64,000 bases of DNA from Patescibacteria group bacterium (GCA_038065055.1 JBBTRT010000004.1:13677-77676); one strand, 5' to 3'; counted from the first letter of the stretch, positions 31,762 to 41,416 are shown. Notes: a model not told the origin generated them from the sequence alone. Program-made: numbers and translations.

Positions 31762-31875
31762 ATGAAAGTACAAGCATCAGTCAAAAAGCGTTGTTTAAAA
31801 TGTAAAATTGTTCGCCGCAAAGGCCGGGTTTATGTCATTTGCTCCAACCCCCGCCATAAACAGCGCCAAGGCTAA
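31762..31875 (+). CDS. rpmJ: 50S ribosomal protein L36, zinc-ribbon form (37 aa; absent from the ORF track)
   Basis: Hand-translated [37 protein letters not shown]. Confidence 0.85.
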   Translation: MKVQASVKKRCLKCKIVRRKGRVYVICSNPRHKQRQG

Positions 31876-31878
31876 ATT

Positions 31879-32295
31879 ATGATCAGAATTTCCGGAATCG
31901 ACTTGCCCCTTAACAAACGCACTGAAATAGCGTTGACTTATCTTTACGGCATTGGCCGGAAAAACGTTCATTTTCTCTTAAAATTAGCCAACGTGGACGG
32001 TAATAAACGCCTCAAAGACTTAAATCAGGACGAAGTCGTCCGCCTCCAAAAAGCCGTCGACACTCTGCCGACTGAAGGTTCCCTTAGAAAAATCGTCATG
32101 GAAAATATCAAGCGTTTAAAACAAATCGGCACTTACCGGGGCCTGCGCCATTCGGCTAAACTGCCGGCCCGCGGCCAGCGCACCCGCCACAATGCCCGCA
32201 CCAAGCGCGGCCGGAGAATGACAGTCGGCGCCCTCAAGAAAGAAGATGCTACCAAAGTTGAAGCCGCTCAGAAAGAAAAAGAGGCCAAAAAATAA
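31879..32295 (+). CDS. rpsM: 30S ribosomal protein S13
   Basis: MIRISGIDLP start. Confidence 0.95.
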   Translation: MIRISGIDLPLNKRTEIALTYLYGIGRKNVHFLLKLANVDGNKRLKDLNQDEVVRLQKAVDTLPTEGSLRKIVMENIKRLKQIGTYRGLRHSAKLPARGQRTRHNARTKRGRRMTVGALKKEDATKVEAAQKEKEAKK

Positions 32296-32297
32296 CT

Positions 32298-32669
32298 ATG
32301 CCTAAAGCCCCTGTTGCCATCAATCTCCGCTCCGGTTTTATCTATATCACCGCGACTTTTAACAACACTTTAGTTAGTGTGACCGATACCAACGGCAACG
32401 TCGTTGCCTGGGGTTCGACCGGTTCTTCCGGTTTCAAAGGTTCTAGAAAATCCACTCCTTTTGCCGCTACGACCGCTATAGACAGCGTCATTAAAAAAGC
32501 CAAAACTTACGGCCTCACTACCGCTGAAGTTTTCATCAAAGGCCCTGGCCCGGGCCGCGATGCGGTTTTAGGCGTTTTGCGCGCCAGTGGTTTAAAAATT
32601 ACTCAAATTGCCGACGTCACGCCGATGCCTCACAACGGCTGCCGTCCCAAGAAAAGGAAACACGGTTAA
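32298..32669 (+). CDS. rpsK: 30S ribosomal protein S11
   Basis: S11 family. Confidence 0.95.
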   Translation: MPKAPVAINLRSGFIYITATFNNTLVSVTDTNGNVVAWGSTGSSGFKGSRKSTPFAATTAIDSVIKKAKTYGLTTAEVFIKGPGPGRDAVLGVLRASGLKITQIADVTPMPHNGCRPKKRKHG

Positions 32670-32672
32670 ACT

Positions 32673-33281
32673 ATGGCTCGCTACACTCGCTCCCGCGCTA
32701 AATTAGTCCGCAACTTTGCCGAAAACATTTTCGGTTTGCCAAAATACGACAAAATTTTAGCCAAAAAACCTTATCATGCCGGCGCTCACGGTAAAAAAAT
32801 GCAGCGCCGCCCCTCTGATTACGGCTTGCAGCTCAAAGAAAAACAAAAATTAAGGGCGATTTACGATGTTGGTGAACGCCAGTTTACTCATTACTACGCC
32901 ACTGCCCGCAAAACCCAAACCGCTACCGGCGAAAAACTCCTGCAAATTCTGGAATCCCGACTGGATAATTTAATCTACCGCGCCGGTTTTGCCGCCTCTC
33001 GTCCTGCCGCCCGCCAGCTGGTTAACCACAACCATGTCTTAATTGATGGCCGCCGGGTCAATGTTCCCTCTTGTATTGTTAAGTTGGAGCAGGTGGTTAG
33101 CTTAAGCCCTAAAACCGCCCAAATGCCGGATGTGGCCAAATTACTCGCCAATAAAGAAATTAATATCCCCAAATGGCTCAAGCGCCAGGCTTTAGCCGCC
33201 AAATTTCTCCGCTTGCCGGAAAGAAGCGAGATCGACACCAACATTCAAGAACAATTAATAGTTGAGTATTACTCAAGATAA
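32673..33281 (+). CDS. rpsD: 30S ribosomal protein S4
   Basis: MARYTRSRAKLVR start. Confidence 0.95.
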   Translation: MARYTRSRAKLVRNFAENIFGLPKYDKILAKKPYHAGAHGKKMQRRPSDYGLQLKEKQKLRAIYDVGERQFTHYYATARKTQTATGEKLLQILESRLDNLIYRAGFAASRPAARQLVNHNHVLIDGRRVNVPSCIVKLEQVVSLSPKTAQMPDVAKLLANKEINIPKWLKRQALAAKFLRLPERSEIDTNIQEQLIVEYYSR

Positions 33282-33290
33282 AGGAGATTT

Positions 33291-34202
33291 ATGAAAATAA
33301 ATTTTAAAACCACTGCCATTGCCGAAACAAAAGATTACGGCCAATTCGAATTATCCCCGTTGGAGCCAGGTTACGGCACCACCGTCGGCAATGCCCTGCG
33401 CCGGGTGCTTTTATCCAGCTTGCCCGGAGCCGCGATTACCAGTGCCACGATTAGCGGCGTGACTCATCAATTTACTACCCTTCAGGGCGTTAAAGAAGAC
33501 GTTGTCGAATTATTATTAAACCTAAAACAAGTTCGCTTAAGCTACACCGGTGAAAAACCAATCGAAGTCAGCTTAACCGCCACCGGTCCCGGTAAAGTCA
33601 AGGCAGGGGACATTAAAGTTCCGGCTAACGTCACGATTGTTAACAAAGATTTGATTTTAGCCAATTTAGCGGATAAAAAATCCAAATTGGACGTCAAGTT
33701 GGAAATTAGTTCCGGTTACGGCTATTTGCCTTCCAAAGACCGCCAGCCGAAAAAATTAGGCGAAATTATTTTAGACGCCTCTTTTTCCCCGGTTTTGCGC
33801 GTTAATTTCCGCGTTGAAACCGCCCGGGTTGGCCGCCGCGCTGACTTGGATAAATTAATTTTGGAAATTTTCACCAACGGCGGTTTAAAACCCTCTGTTG
33901 CCCTGGAACAGTCCGCCCAAATTTTAATTGATTCCTTTATTCAAATTGTTTCGCCGACTTTTGAAAAAGAGGAAGCTAGCGAACCGATTGTGGTCGAAGG
34001 AAATGAGGCTTTCCGCTTATCGGTTGAAGAATTAGATTTGCCGACTCGGATTGCCAACTCTCTGCGCAAAGGCGGTTTTACCACGGTTAAAGATTTAGCC
34101 GAAGCCACTTTTAAAGAAGTTTCCCAGGTTAAAAACTTGGGCGGTAAATCAGTGGATATTGTCGTTGCCAAATTAAAAGAGAAAGGCATTGAGTTAAAAT
34201 AA
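33291..34202 (+). CDS. rpoA: DNA-directed RNA polymerase subunit alpha
   Basis: 303 aa with NTD and CTD (LDLPTRIANSL). Confidence 0.95.
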   Translation: MKINFKTTAIAETKDYGQFELSPLEPGYGTTVGNALRRVLLSSLPGAAITSATISGVTHQFTTLQGVKEDVVELLLNLKQVRLSYTGEKPIEVSLTATGPGKVKAGDIKVPANVTIVNKDLILANLADKKSKLDVKLEISSGYGYLPSKDRQPKKLGEIILDASFSPVLRVNFRVETARVGRRADLDKLILEIFTNGGLKPSVALEQSAQILIDSFIQIVSPTFEKEEASEPIVVEGNEAFRLSVEELDLPTRIANSLRKGGFTTVKDLAEATFKEVSQVKNLGGKSVDIVVAKLKEKGIELK

Positions 34203-34205
34203 CTT

Positions 34206-34577
34206 ATGCGCCATCAAGTTAAAGGCAGGAAACTGTCCAGAAGCACCCATCAGCGCCAGGCTTTATTCAAAGGCTTGTTAAATTCGTTAATTCGTTACGA
34301 AACGATTAAAACGACCGAAGCTAAAGCCAAATCAATCAAAGGCCAGCTGGATAAAATGATGACTCTGGCCAAAAAAGGCACCTTAGCTGCCCGTCGCCAG
34401 GCATTTGCCTTTTTGACGGATAAAGAAACCGTGCATAAATTATTTACCGAGTTAGCTGACCGTTCTAAAGCCCGGGCCAGCGGTTTTACCCGCTTAGTCC
34501 GCCTTGGCCGTCGTTTAGGCGATAACGCCATGATTACCCGCGTCGAATTTGTCGACAAGAAAGAAGTGAAAAAATGA
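34206..34577 (+). CDS. rplQ: 50S ribosomal protein L17
   Basis: MRHQVKGRKLSRSTHQRQAL start. Confidence 0.95.
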   Translation: MRHQVKGRKLSRSTHQRQALFKGLLNSLIRYETIKTTEAKAKSIKGQLDKMMTLAKKGTLAARRQAFAFLTDKETVHKLFTELADRSKARASGFTRLVRLGRRLGDNAMITRVEFVDKKEVKK

Positions 34578-35011
34578 CCACCTTTGTTACTACCGCCAAA
34601 ACCATCAAACGCGACTGGCACTTAGTTGATGCCAAAGCCCAGGTTTTAGGCCGTATTGCCACTAAAATTGCCACTTTATTGCAGGGCAAAAATAAAGTTT
34701 ATTACACCCCTCAGTTGGATTGCGGCGATTATGTGGTCGTGATTAATTCCGACCAAATCGAGGTTACCGGCCGCAAAGCCTTAAATAAAAAATATTACAG
34801 TCATAGCAATTACCCCGGTGGTTTCAAAACCGTGCCTTATGCCGATCAAATGGCCAAAGACTCCCGCCGCATTATTATCCGGGCCCTAACCAACATGTTG
34901 CCCAAAAATAAATTGCGTCAAGGTCGCCTTAACCGCCTCAAAGTTTTTAAAGATGACCAGCATATTTATCAAGATAAACTTCAGCCAAAGGCTGATACCA
35001 ATAAAAAATGA
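34574..35011 (+). CDS. rplM: 50S ribosomal protein L13
   Basis: L13 family. Confidence 0.9.
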   Translation: MTTFVTTAKTIKRDWHLVDAKAQVLGRIATKIATLLQGKNKVYYTPQLDCGDYVVVINSDQIEVTGRKALNKKYYSHSNYPGGFKTVPYADQMAKDSRRIIIRALTNMLPKNKLRQGRLNRLKVFKDDQHIYQDKLQPKADTNKK

Positions 35012-35424
35012 ATAAAAAATATCCTAAAAGCGTCAATTACATTCCGGCCATCGGCCGCCGCAAACAGGCCATTGCCCGCATCCGTTTGTTTAAAACTTCC
35101 GGTGAAACTTTAGTTAACGATCAGCCGATTGAAAAATATTTTCCCGGCGCTGTTTTCAAAAGCATTTACTTGGAGCCGTTTATTACTGCCGGGGTCGAGG
35201 GTAAATACCACGCCACCATCAAAGTTTTAGGTTCCGGTAAAAACGGCCAATTAGGCGCCGTTGTTTTAGGTTTAGCCCGCGCCTTAGTGAAATTAAATAC
35301 GGAAAAATTCCGCGTGGTCTTAAAGAAAAAAGGTTTATTAACCCGCGACCCGCGCAAGCGTCAGCGCCGCATGATTGGCATGGGTGGCAAATCCCGCCGC
35401 AAGAAACAATCGCCTAAACGGTAA
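35008..35424 (+). CDS. rpsI: 30S ribosomal protein S9
   Basis: S9 family with C-terminal basic tail. Confidence 0.9.
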   Translation: MNKKYPKSVNYIPAIGRRKQAIARIRLFKTSGETLVNDQPIEKYFPGAVFKSIYLEPFITAGVEGKYHATIKVLGSGKNGQLGAVVLGLARALVKLNTEKFRVVLKKKGLLTRDPRKRQRRMIGMGGKSRRKKQSPKR

Positions 35425-35436
35425 ATTTAATCGTAC

Positions 35437-36003
35437 ATGAATTTAGCAGAAAGAATAGCCATACAATCGCCTGAAATAGCACTTTATGAACAATATCTAA
35501 ATGATAAATTAGACGCAGGCCAATTAGAAAGTTTGATAGCGCCGACAACTTTTATCGTCACTAATGAGGCATGCCTCCCGCTTATCAAAACTTGCGCTTT
35601 TGAAGACTTGGTTCGTGAATTACAAAATAATAGTTCCGAAAAAGAACATCCGGAAGGGGTTAATGTTTCTATTGTATTGGATTATGATTTATCAACAGAT
35701 TTATTTTACTTGGAAGTAGGTGATAATGTTACCTATTCAGCAGCTGAATTGAAAGCAATTTTGAAAAACGTTAATTCAAACCATCCGCAAAGAACTGGGA
35801 AAAAAGCCGAAAGGGAGTTAATGAATTCCGCCGCCGATGATGGTTCCGGAATTGTAATGACTAGGAAAAAACTTAAACAATTTGACGGGAAATATAGTTT
35901 TTATGGGACAGAAGATAATCGGATTGTGCAAGTTATCACGATTAATAAAACCATGTTTTTTACTAAAACAAAAACAGTGTTACCCTTATTCCAAACTGAT
36001 TAA
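35437..36003 (+). CDS. Hypothetical protein
   Basis: 188-aa ORF co-directional after rpsI. No family recognised. Confidence 0.4.
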   Translation: MNLAERIAIQSPEIALYEQYLNDKLDAGQLESLIAPTTFIVTNEACLPLIKTCAFEDLVRELQNNSSEKEHPEGVNVSIVLDYDLSTDLFYLEVGDNVTYSAAELKAILKNVNSNHPQRTGKKAERELMNSAADDGSGIVMTRKKLKQFDGKYSFYGTEDNRIVQVITINKTMFFTKTKTVLPLFQTD

Positions 36004-36010
36004 ATAAATT

Positions 36011-36040
36011 CCACACCCGGTGTGGCATACTCAAGCCACA
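36011..36040. terminator. Overlapping hairpins (CCACAC-ccg-GTGTGG; TGTGGC-N8-GCCACA) between convergent genes: bidirectional terminator and member of a dispersed hairpin family
   Basis: Inverted repeats read directly. Located between the stops at 36003 (+) and 36051 (-). Confidence 0.45.
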
Positions 36041-36050
36041 TAAGGATTTT

Positions 36051-36911
36051 CTATAAAATCTCGCTTTTTCGCTCGTCGGTTTTTGTTGGCAAAATATACA
36101 CTTCCCGGTTCATTTCATCCACGCTCACCATTTCCGCCTGCCCGGTAATAATTTTTTCCATAGGCTTACAAACATTGCAGCCGTTGTTCGGGCATTTAAA
36201 GCGGTTAAGTTGCCGCGCTAGCTTCATTTCTTTGGCCAGTTTTAAAATGTTTTCTTCGCTGGTTTTTAGATTTGTTAATTTTTGTTCTGCCGGCTCGCTG
36301 CATCGGTCAATATACCAATAGCTTAATTTTTTCACCTGTCTGGCTTGGGTATTGCTGGCCAAAAGGTAATAAATCGGCAGCTGCAGCGAGTTTTCATTTT
36401 CGTCCTGCTTGCCGGTTTTAAAATCAATGATGTGGACTGCCTCCTCGTTTGCCAGATATTCCATCCAGTCGATTTTCCCGCACAAAATAATATTATCTTT
36501 TTCCGACAGCCAGTAATAGGGCAGTTCCATCTGGATTTTTACTGCCAGATTTTTTAGCGGCCCGGGATTTTGTTCCACCCGCCTCAGCATTTCCTTGCCC
36601 CGTTCTTTATACTTAAACTCTTCGTCTTTGTCTGCAAATCCGCCCTTTTTGCCGCTAATTTTCTGCCAGACGGTTTCCAGCCGGTTCAGTAACGGTTCGC
36701 TAAATCTTTTATCGGTGGCGATGACAGATAAGCTTTCAATTACTTCATGAACCGCTTGCCCTAAAGCTAAGGGCGGGCTCATCAACGTCATTTTCCTGCC
36801 CGTTTTGGGATTTTTGTAAACGTTTTTCAACCAGTACGCCCGCGGGCATTGGCGCCAGTCGCCGATCGAAGAATGCGACACCCACACCGCTGAAAACTTG
36901 TCCTTCACCAT
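36051..36911 (-). CDS. PD-(D/E)XK (Cas4/RecB-like) nuclease with four-Cys putative Fe-S cluster
   Basis: N-terminal WRQCPRAYW, G.IDW, IIDFKTGK (D-x-K), QLPIYY (QxxxY), C-terminal CPNNGCNVC. This is the Cas4/AddB nuclease-domain architecture (PDDEXK_1). Confidence 0.6.
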   Translation of the reverse strand: MVKDKFSAVWVSHSSIGDWRQCPRAYWLKNVYKNPKTGRKMTLMSPPLALGQAVHEVIESLSVIATDKRFSEPLLNRLETVWQKISGKKGGFADKDEEFKYKERGKEMLRRVEQNPGPLKNLAVKIQMELPYYWLSEKDNIILCGKIDWMEYLANEEAVHIIDFKTGKQDENENSLQLPIYYLLASNTQARQVKKLSYWYIDRCSEPAEQKLTNLKTSEENILKLAKEMKLARQLNRFKCPNNGCNVCKPMEKIITGQAEMVSVDEMNREVYILPTKTDERKSEIL

Positions 36912-36912
36912 A

Positions 36913-37242
36913 TTATCTATTTATCCTCACGGCGTAATTAAATTGTAAAAAATATTTTTGCCACTCTTCGGCCGTTGAACGGTACTGATTAATATCCAAA
37001 AACCAATCGCCGAACATTTCTTTACTGCGGCTAACTTCTTTCAGTCTTTTTCGGTTTTTCGGGTCGGCTAAAGTCAATTCAAATAATTCCAGCGCCCGAT
37101 AATAAGCCCCGGTTGCCGTTTTAAAGTCTTTCTGTTTCCAGTTGATCGCTCTGCCGATCTCGCTTCCAATATTGGCCATCTGCTCCATGAGGCTTAATTT
37201 TTGCCATCGTCCACTAGCCAATTCCTGATGTAGATATTTCAT
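36913..37242 (-). CDS. Hypothetical small protein (109 aa), translationally coupled to the nuclease
   Basis: Stop/start junction at 36911/36913. Predicted all-alpha fold. Confidence 0.45.
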   Translation of the reverse strand: MKYLHQELASGRWQKLSLMEQMANIGSEIGRAINWKQKDFKTATGAYYRALELFELTLADPKNRKRLKEVSRSKEMFGDWFLDINQYRSTAEEWQKYFLQFNYAVRINR

Positions 37243-37583
37243 GTGGTCACTAATTTATTTACTATTTGCTTGATTTTTTCTCTGATTTTTTCGTCTTCTA
37301 CCCCACGGCTTAAATTATTTTGCCTTGGTCGCAAATTAATCATTGAGTCAAATTCGACAAAATCATCCTGCCCGAATTTTTCCGGATAAAGATTAATTCC
37401 CCACAAATTTTCTTGTTTTGAACCATTTTCCAAAAGCATTATTTCCTCATCCGCGTGCATTTCTGCATCAATTACCATAATTTCTTTTTCCGCATCTACC
37501 ACTGCTTTTACTAATTGGCCGAATCTTGCTTCTGCCGCTTTTTTAATTACTTGAATTGATACGGACCGATTAATTATCTGCAT
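37239..37583 (-). CDS. Hypothetical acidic small protein (114 aa), first gene of the nuclease operon
   Basis: ATGA-type overlap with the next gene. Upstream 40-nt divergent promoter region. Confidence 0.45.
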   Translation of the reverse strand: MQIINRSVSIQVIKKAAEARFGQLVKAVVDAEKEIMVIDAEMHADEEIMLLENGSKQENLWGINLYPEKFGQDDFVEFDSMINLRPRQNNLSRGVEDEKIREKIKQIVNKLVTT

Positions 37584-37622
37584 TAATTCTTATTATACTG
37601 TAAAAACTGCTAAAATCAGGCA

Positions 37623-38294
37623 ATGCTTGAGATTATCCATAAGCTTCGTGTATTTGTTAACGAAAATAATAAATTTGGAAATCATGTTGGGATAATTATT
37701 GATGTGGAGAATAATATAAATAAGCACAAGAGGCAAACCATTGCTACAAAACTTGGATTTAGCGAATCTGTTTTTATTAATAAACTTAATCCTGCTAGCG
37801 TTAGCATCTTTAACCCTCAGCGGGAAATTTCATTTGTTGGCCATGCAATGGTTGGTGCAGCCTGGTTTTTAAAGCAATTTCATAATCAAAAAATTAATTT
37901 TATAGATTGTGCCGGTGGACGAATTAAAACATGGGAAGTAAATGGTTTTACCTGGATTCAGGCTGGATTATCGTCAATGCCGCCTTGGCAATTTGAGCAA
38001 CTTAAGGATATTGTAGCAGTTGAGACTTTCCCAACGAAAAAAGCTTTATTAAAAAAACATACTTTTGTGTGGGCTTGGCAGGATAAAAATAAAGGAATAA
38101 TTCGAGCTAGAACTTTTGCGCCGGATTGGGGTATCCCTGAAGATGAAGCCAATGGATCTGGAGCGATGAAATTGTCAGCCAAACTAAGGTCTAAAATCAC
38201 TGTGATTCATGGACAAGGTTCTGTTATCTACGCAAATTTTGCGGGAGCTGGATTAGTTGAAGTTGGCGGTAGAGTTGCTGAGTTGTTAGTATAA
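37623..38294 (+). CDS. PhzF-family (PhzC/PhzF isomerase-like) protein, short form
   Basis: GIPEDEANGSGAMKLSA matches the PhzF EDPxTGSA active-site region. 223 aa, shorter than canonical. Confidence 0.5.
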   Translation: MLEIIHKLRVFVNENNKFGNHVGIIIDVENNINKHKRQTIATKLGFSESVFINKLNPASVSIFNPQREISFVGHAMVGAAWFLKQFHNQKINFIDCAGGRIKTWEVNGFTWIQAGLSSMPPWQFEQLKDIVAVETFPTKKALLKKHTFVWAWQDKNKGIIRARTFAPDWGIPEDEANGSGAMKLSAKLRSKITVIHGQGSVIYANFAGAGLVEVGGRVAELLV

Positions 38295-38301
38295 TCATCT
38301 C

Positions 38302-39213
38302 ATGCCCAATATTTGGCAGAGTTTATCTAAACCTATTTTTTGCCTCGCCCCGATGTTTGGTGCTACTGATTCGGCCTTCCGGCAATTGCTCGCAGAAATT
38401 GGTAAACCCGATTTAATGTTTACCGAATTTATCAATGTCCAGCAAATTTTTTCCCCTGACATTAAAACCACCACCCAACTTTTAAGTTACACCTCCAAGG
38501 AACAGCCCTTAATTGCCCAGCTTTGGGGCTTGGACCCGGAAATGTTTGAAGTTGCGGCCGACTTTATTGTTGACGCTGGTTTTCAGGGAATTGATCTTAA
38601 CTTTGCCTGTCCGGTAAAAGCCGTAGTGAAAAAAGGCAGTGGCGCGGCTTTAATCGACAATCCTGCTTTGGCCGGTCAGATTATTGAGGCTACCCTTAAA
38701 GGCTCCAAGGGCCGTTTGCCGGTCTCAGTTAAAACCCGTATTGGTTATAAAACCATCACCACCGAACCTTGGTTTAAATTTTTGCTTCAGTTTGATTTGG
38801 CCGCCATTTCCGTTCACTGCCGCACTGCCAAGGAAATGTCAGTCGGTCCCACTCACTGGCCCGAAATTACCAAAATTGTGGCTTTAAAAAATAAATTAAA
38901 TCCCAAAACTTTGATTATCGCTAACGGCGATATTTTTTCCCGGGAGATTGCCGCGCAAAGACTTAAAGAAACCGCTATCGACGGCGTCATGATCGGCCGG
39001 GGAACGTTTCATAACCCCTGGATCTTTAATCCTGTTCAAACCCCGAAAACTAAAGCCGAAAAAATTGCCGCTTGGCAACGCCATTTAGAAATTTACCAAA
39101 TCACTTGGGGAAAATTAAAACCGATTCACCCGATGAAACGCTTTGTTAAAATATACTTAAAAGATTTTCCCGGCGCCTTACCCTTGCGCGTCAGTACCAT
39201 GAATTCTTTATGA
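38302..39213 (+). CDS. dus: tRNA-dihydrouridine synthase
   Basis: CLAPMFGATDSAFR, GIDLNFACP, PVSVKTRIG motifs of the Dus family. Confidence 0.8.
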   Translation: MPNIWQSLSKPIFCLAPMFGATDSAFRQLLAEIGKPDLMFTEFINVQQIFSPDIKTTTQLLSYTSKEQPLIAQLWGLDPEMFEVAADFIVDAGFQGIDLNFACPVKAVVKKGSGAALIDNPALAGQIIEATLKGSKGRLPVSVKTRIGYKTITTEPWFKFLLQFDLAAISVHCRTAKEMSVGPTHWPEITKIVALKNKLNPKTLIIANGDIFSREIAAQRLKETAIDGVMIGRGTFHNPWIFNPVQTPKTKAEKIAAWQRHLEIYQITWGKLKPIHPMKRFVKIYLKDFPGALPLRVSTMNSL

Positions 39214-39932
39214 AAAAATTAATCCTACTTATTTTCCTGCTTTTTTTAACCGGCTGTACTCCTCAAAAAAATATCCAATTATCTAGTCCTTCTCCTGCGC
39301 CTTCTCCCCAGCTAATAACCATTACCGTCAATCAGCAAGCCTACTCCTATGTTTACGCTACCATCGACGATTTATCCAGTTTAAAACTTTTCTCCAATCA
39401 TTCCCAAAAACTTTCTTCCCAGGAATTGATTAATCAATATTCCTGTCAAATTTTGGTTAACGGTAATTTTTACGACGAATTTGATCGGCCCTTAGGCTGG
39501 CTGGTGAGCGACGGTCGGGAATTATCCCCGGTGATCAAAAGCGCTTTATTTAACGGCTTTTTATCATTTTCCACCTCTAAGGTGGAAATTTCTGCCTCAC
39601 CTCCTTCAGTCTCTGTTAATTTTGGCCTTCAGTCAGGCCCACTGTTAATCCTGGATCAAAAAATCTTACCTTTAAAAATAAATAACGACGAGTCCCGCCG
39701 TCGGGTTGTGGCAGCGCTTACCGCCAATAATCAGTTAGTTTTTCTGGTAATTAACAGTCCTTTATTAGCCGACGCCCCAGGTGTTGTTTCTGCTATTGGC
39801 CGTCAAATTAATTTGCCTTTTGTTGCCGCTATTAATTTGGATGGCGGTTCTGCCTCGGCTTTTTATTCCCCGGAAGTTTTTCTTAAAGAATATTCTTACA
39901 TCGGCAGTTTTTTTTGCTATACTAATTTATGA
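39210..39932 (+). CDS. Lipoprotein, phosphodiester glycosidase (DUF2233)-like
   Basis: Lipobox LTGC. VNGNFYD...GPLLILDQK...AINLDGGSAS pattern of DUF2233. Confidence 0.55.
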   Translation: MKKLILLIFLLFLTGCTPQKNIQLSSPSPAPSPQLITITVNQQAYSYVYATIDDLSSLKLFSNHSQKLSSQELINQYSCQILVNGNFYDEFDRPLGWLVSDGRELSPVIKSALFNGFLSFSTSKVEISASPPSVSVNFGLQSGPLLILDQKILPLKINNDESRRRVVAALTANNQLVFLVINSPLLADAPGVVSAIGRQINLPFVAAINLDGGSASAFYSPEVFLKEYSYIGSFFCYTNL

Positions 39933-40651
39933 CCAAAATTTTTTCTGCCCTAATTCTTTCTCTCGCTCTTGGTCTAATTATAAAATTTCTTCCCATAACC
40001 TTTGCCCCGCAGGCAACCATTACCGTTACCGGTGAGGCCAAGGCCGATAAAGCCCCGCAAATTGCCCATTTTTCCGCTTCAGTCTTAGTTTTTAATACTG
40101 ATAAGCAAACCGCCGTGAACGAAGTGAATACTAAAATGGAACAATTAGTTAAAAGTTTGAAAGACTTTGGGATTGACGCAAAAGACATTCAAACTCAATC
40201 AGTTTCGGTCAACGAAATTAGCAATGAAATCGAAATTATGATTTATCCGCCCCGTCCCCGAGGCGAATCAACCGGTTGGCAAGCTTCAAATTCAATTACG
40301 ATTACTTTAAGAAATGTTGACCAGGCTTCTGGTTTAACTAATTTATTGCAAAATAGCGGCGCCACTGATGTTTCCGGCCCCAGTTTTTCTTTGGATGACA
40401 CTGCTAAAATTCAAACCGATTTATTAGCCGAAGCCATTGCCGACGCTAAACAAAAGGCTGCCAAAGCCGCCGCCGCCGGCGGCCGCAAGTTGGGCAAGAT
40501 GATTACGGTTTCCGAAGGTTATAGTTACAACCCTACGCCTTTATTCCGCGCCGGTGCCGCCAAAATGAATTCTGCCGAAAGTTCTGCCCTGGTCGAGCCT
40601 GGTACCGAACTCGTTTCCCAAACCGCTACCGTTGTTTTCGAGCTGAAGTAA
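39929..40651 (+). CDS. SIMPL-domain (DUF541) secreted protein
   Basis: TITVTGEAKADKAPQIAHFSASV and the overall SIMPL layout. Confidence 0.6.
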   Translation: MTKIFSALILSLALGLIIKFLPITFAPQATITVTGEAKADKAPQIAHFSASVLVFNTDKQTAVNEVNTKMEQLVKSLKDFGIDAKDIQTQSVSVNEISNEIEIMIYPPRPRGESTGWQASNSITITLRNVDQASGLTNLLQNSGATDVSGPSFSLDDTAKIQTDLLAEAIADAKQKAAKAAAAGGRKLGKMITVSEGYSYNPTPLFRAGAAKMNSAESSALVEPGTELVSQTATVVFELK

Positions 40652-40653
40652 AA

Positions 40654-40677
40654 TCACACTCCTGGTGTGTGATAGAG
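40654..40677. repeat. Hairpin element TCACAC-tcctggt-GTGTGA + TAGAG (family copy A; bidirectional terminator position)
   Basis: Lies between the convergent stops at 40651 and 40691. Near-identical to 53253..53275. Confidence 0.5.
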
Positions 40678-40690
40678 GTAAAGTCAATAT

Positions 40691-41347
40691 TCACTCTTTA
40701 CAGTTTTTCGATTTTTGGTAGCCCGCGGCTTCTGCTTTTTCTTTTGAGTAAAACCATTCTTCGCCCATATTTTTCTCAATGATTGTAAATTCGTATTGGG
40801 CGCAGCCCGGATAGTAATAAATTTTCCGGCTTCGGGCATTATCGTCGATATTGCCTTTAATCTTGCATTTTGGTTCTGCCTTGTTTTCCGTTTGCCGGCA
40901 CATTTCGCTCCAGATACCAAGTTTATTTTCTCTGGCTGTTTCGCCGCTTGTTTTTAATTCTTGCCTTTTGGAAATTACATCGCTGTGATATTTAGCCCAG
41001 CCTGACTCAATCATTTTTTTGTTGACTAAAATATTATCCGAGTATACCAAAGCCATTGGCCTGGCTTTTAAATCCATGATTTTTTCTCTAATTTCCACTG
41101 TTTTCCCGTTAACTAATTTTTCCAGTTCTTTTTTTGCTTCTTCGCCTCCGCAAAACTTCAGCTCCGGCGCATCCACGCCCCGGAGTCGGATTTTCGCGTT
41201 GCCTTCCAGCACCAGCGTATCGCCGTCAATCACCCCTTCTACTTTATAGCCGTTTGGATTATTTTTATTTTCCTGCCACTGCCACAGATTTAACCCGATT
41301 GATGTTCCTAAAATTAAACCTATGATTATCTTGCCTAATTTTGCCAC
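40691..41347 (-). CDS. Thermonuclease (SNase-like) with Cys-containing C-terminal domain
   Basis: N-terminal TM. VIDGDTL...RLRGVDAPE SNase signature. C-terminal CKIKGNI...YYYPGC. Confidence 0.7.
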   Translation of the reverse strand: MAKLGKIIIGLILGTSIGLNLWQWQENKNNPNGYKVEGVIDGDTLVLEGNAKIRLRGVDAPELKFCGGEEAKKELEKLVNGKTVEIREKIMDLKARPMALVYSDNILVNKKMIESGWAKYHSDVISKRQELKTSGETARENKLGIWSEMCRQTENKAEPKCKIKGNIDDNARSRKIYYYPGCAQYEFTIIEKNMGEEWFYSKEKAEAAGYQKSKNCKE

Positions 41348-41416
41348 TGATTAATTATAAACTCTTTTTATTTTACCAAGTAAACTTCCGGAAACCCTGG
41401 CAGAAGTCATTTAAGT

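Noticed and set aside
36022-36557. Plus-strand ORFs 36022..36321 and 36345..36557 overlapping the PD-(D/E)XK nuclease gene
   Set aside because: Opposite-strand overlaps of a gene with clear family motifs; low complexity.
39781-40188. ORFs 39781..40035 (+) and 39922..40188 (-) overlapping the DUF2233/SIMPL genes
   Set aside because: Alternate-frame or antisense overlaps with better-supported genes.
40654-40672. TCACAC-N6-GTGTGA hairpins as CRP/FNR-type binding sites (TGTGA-N6-TCACA)
   Set aside because: Half-site order is inverted relative to the CRP consensus. The elements sit after stop codons, not in promoters. A hairpin/terminator or mobile palindrome is more plausible.
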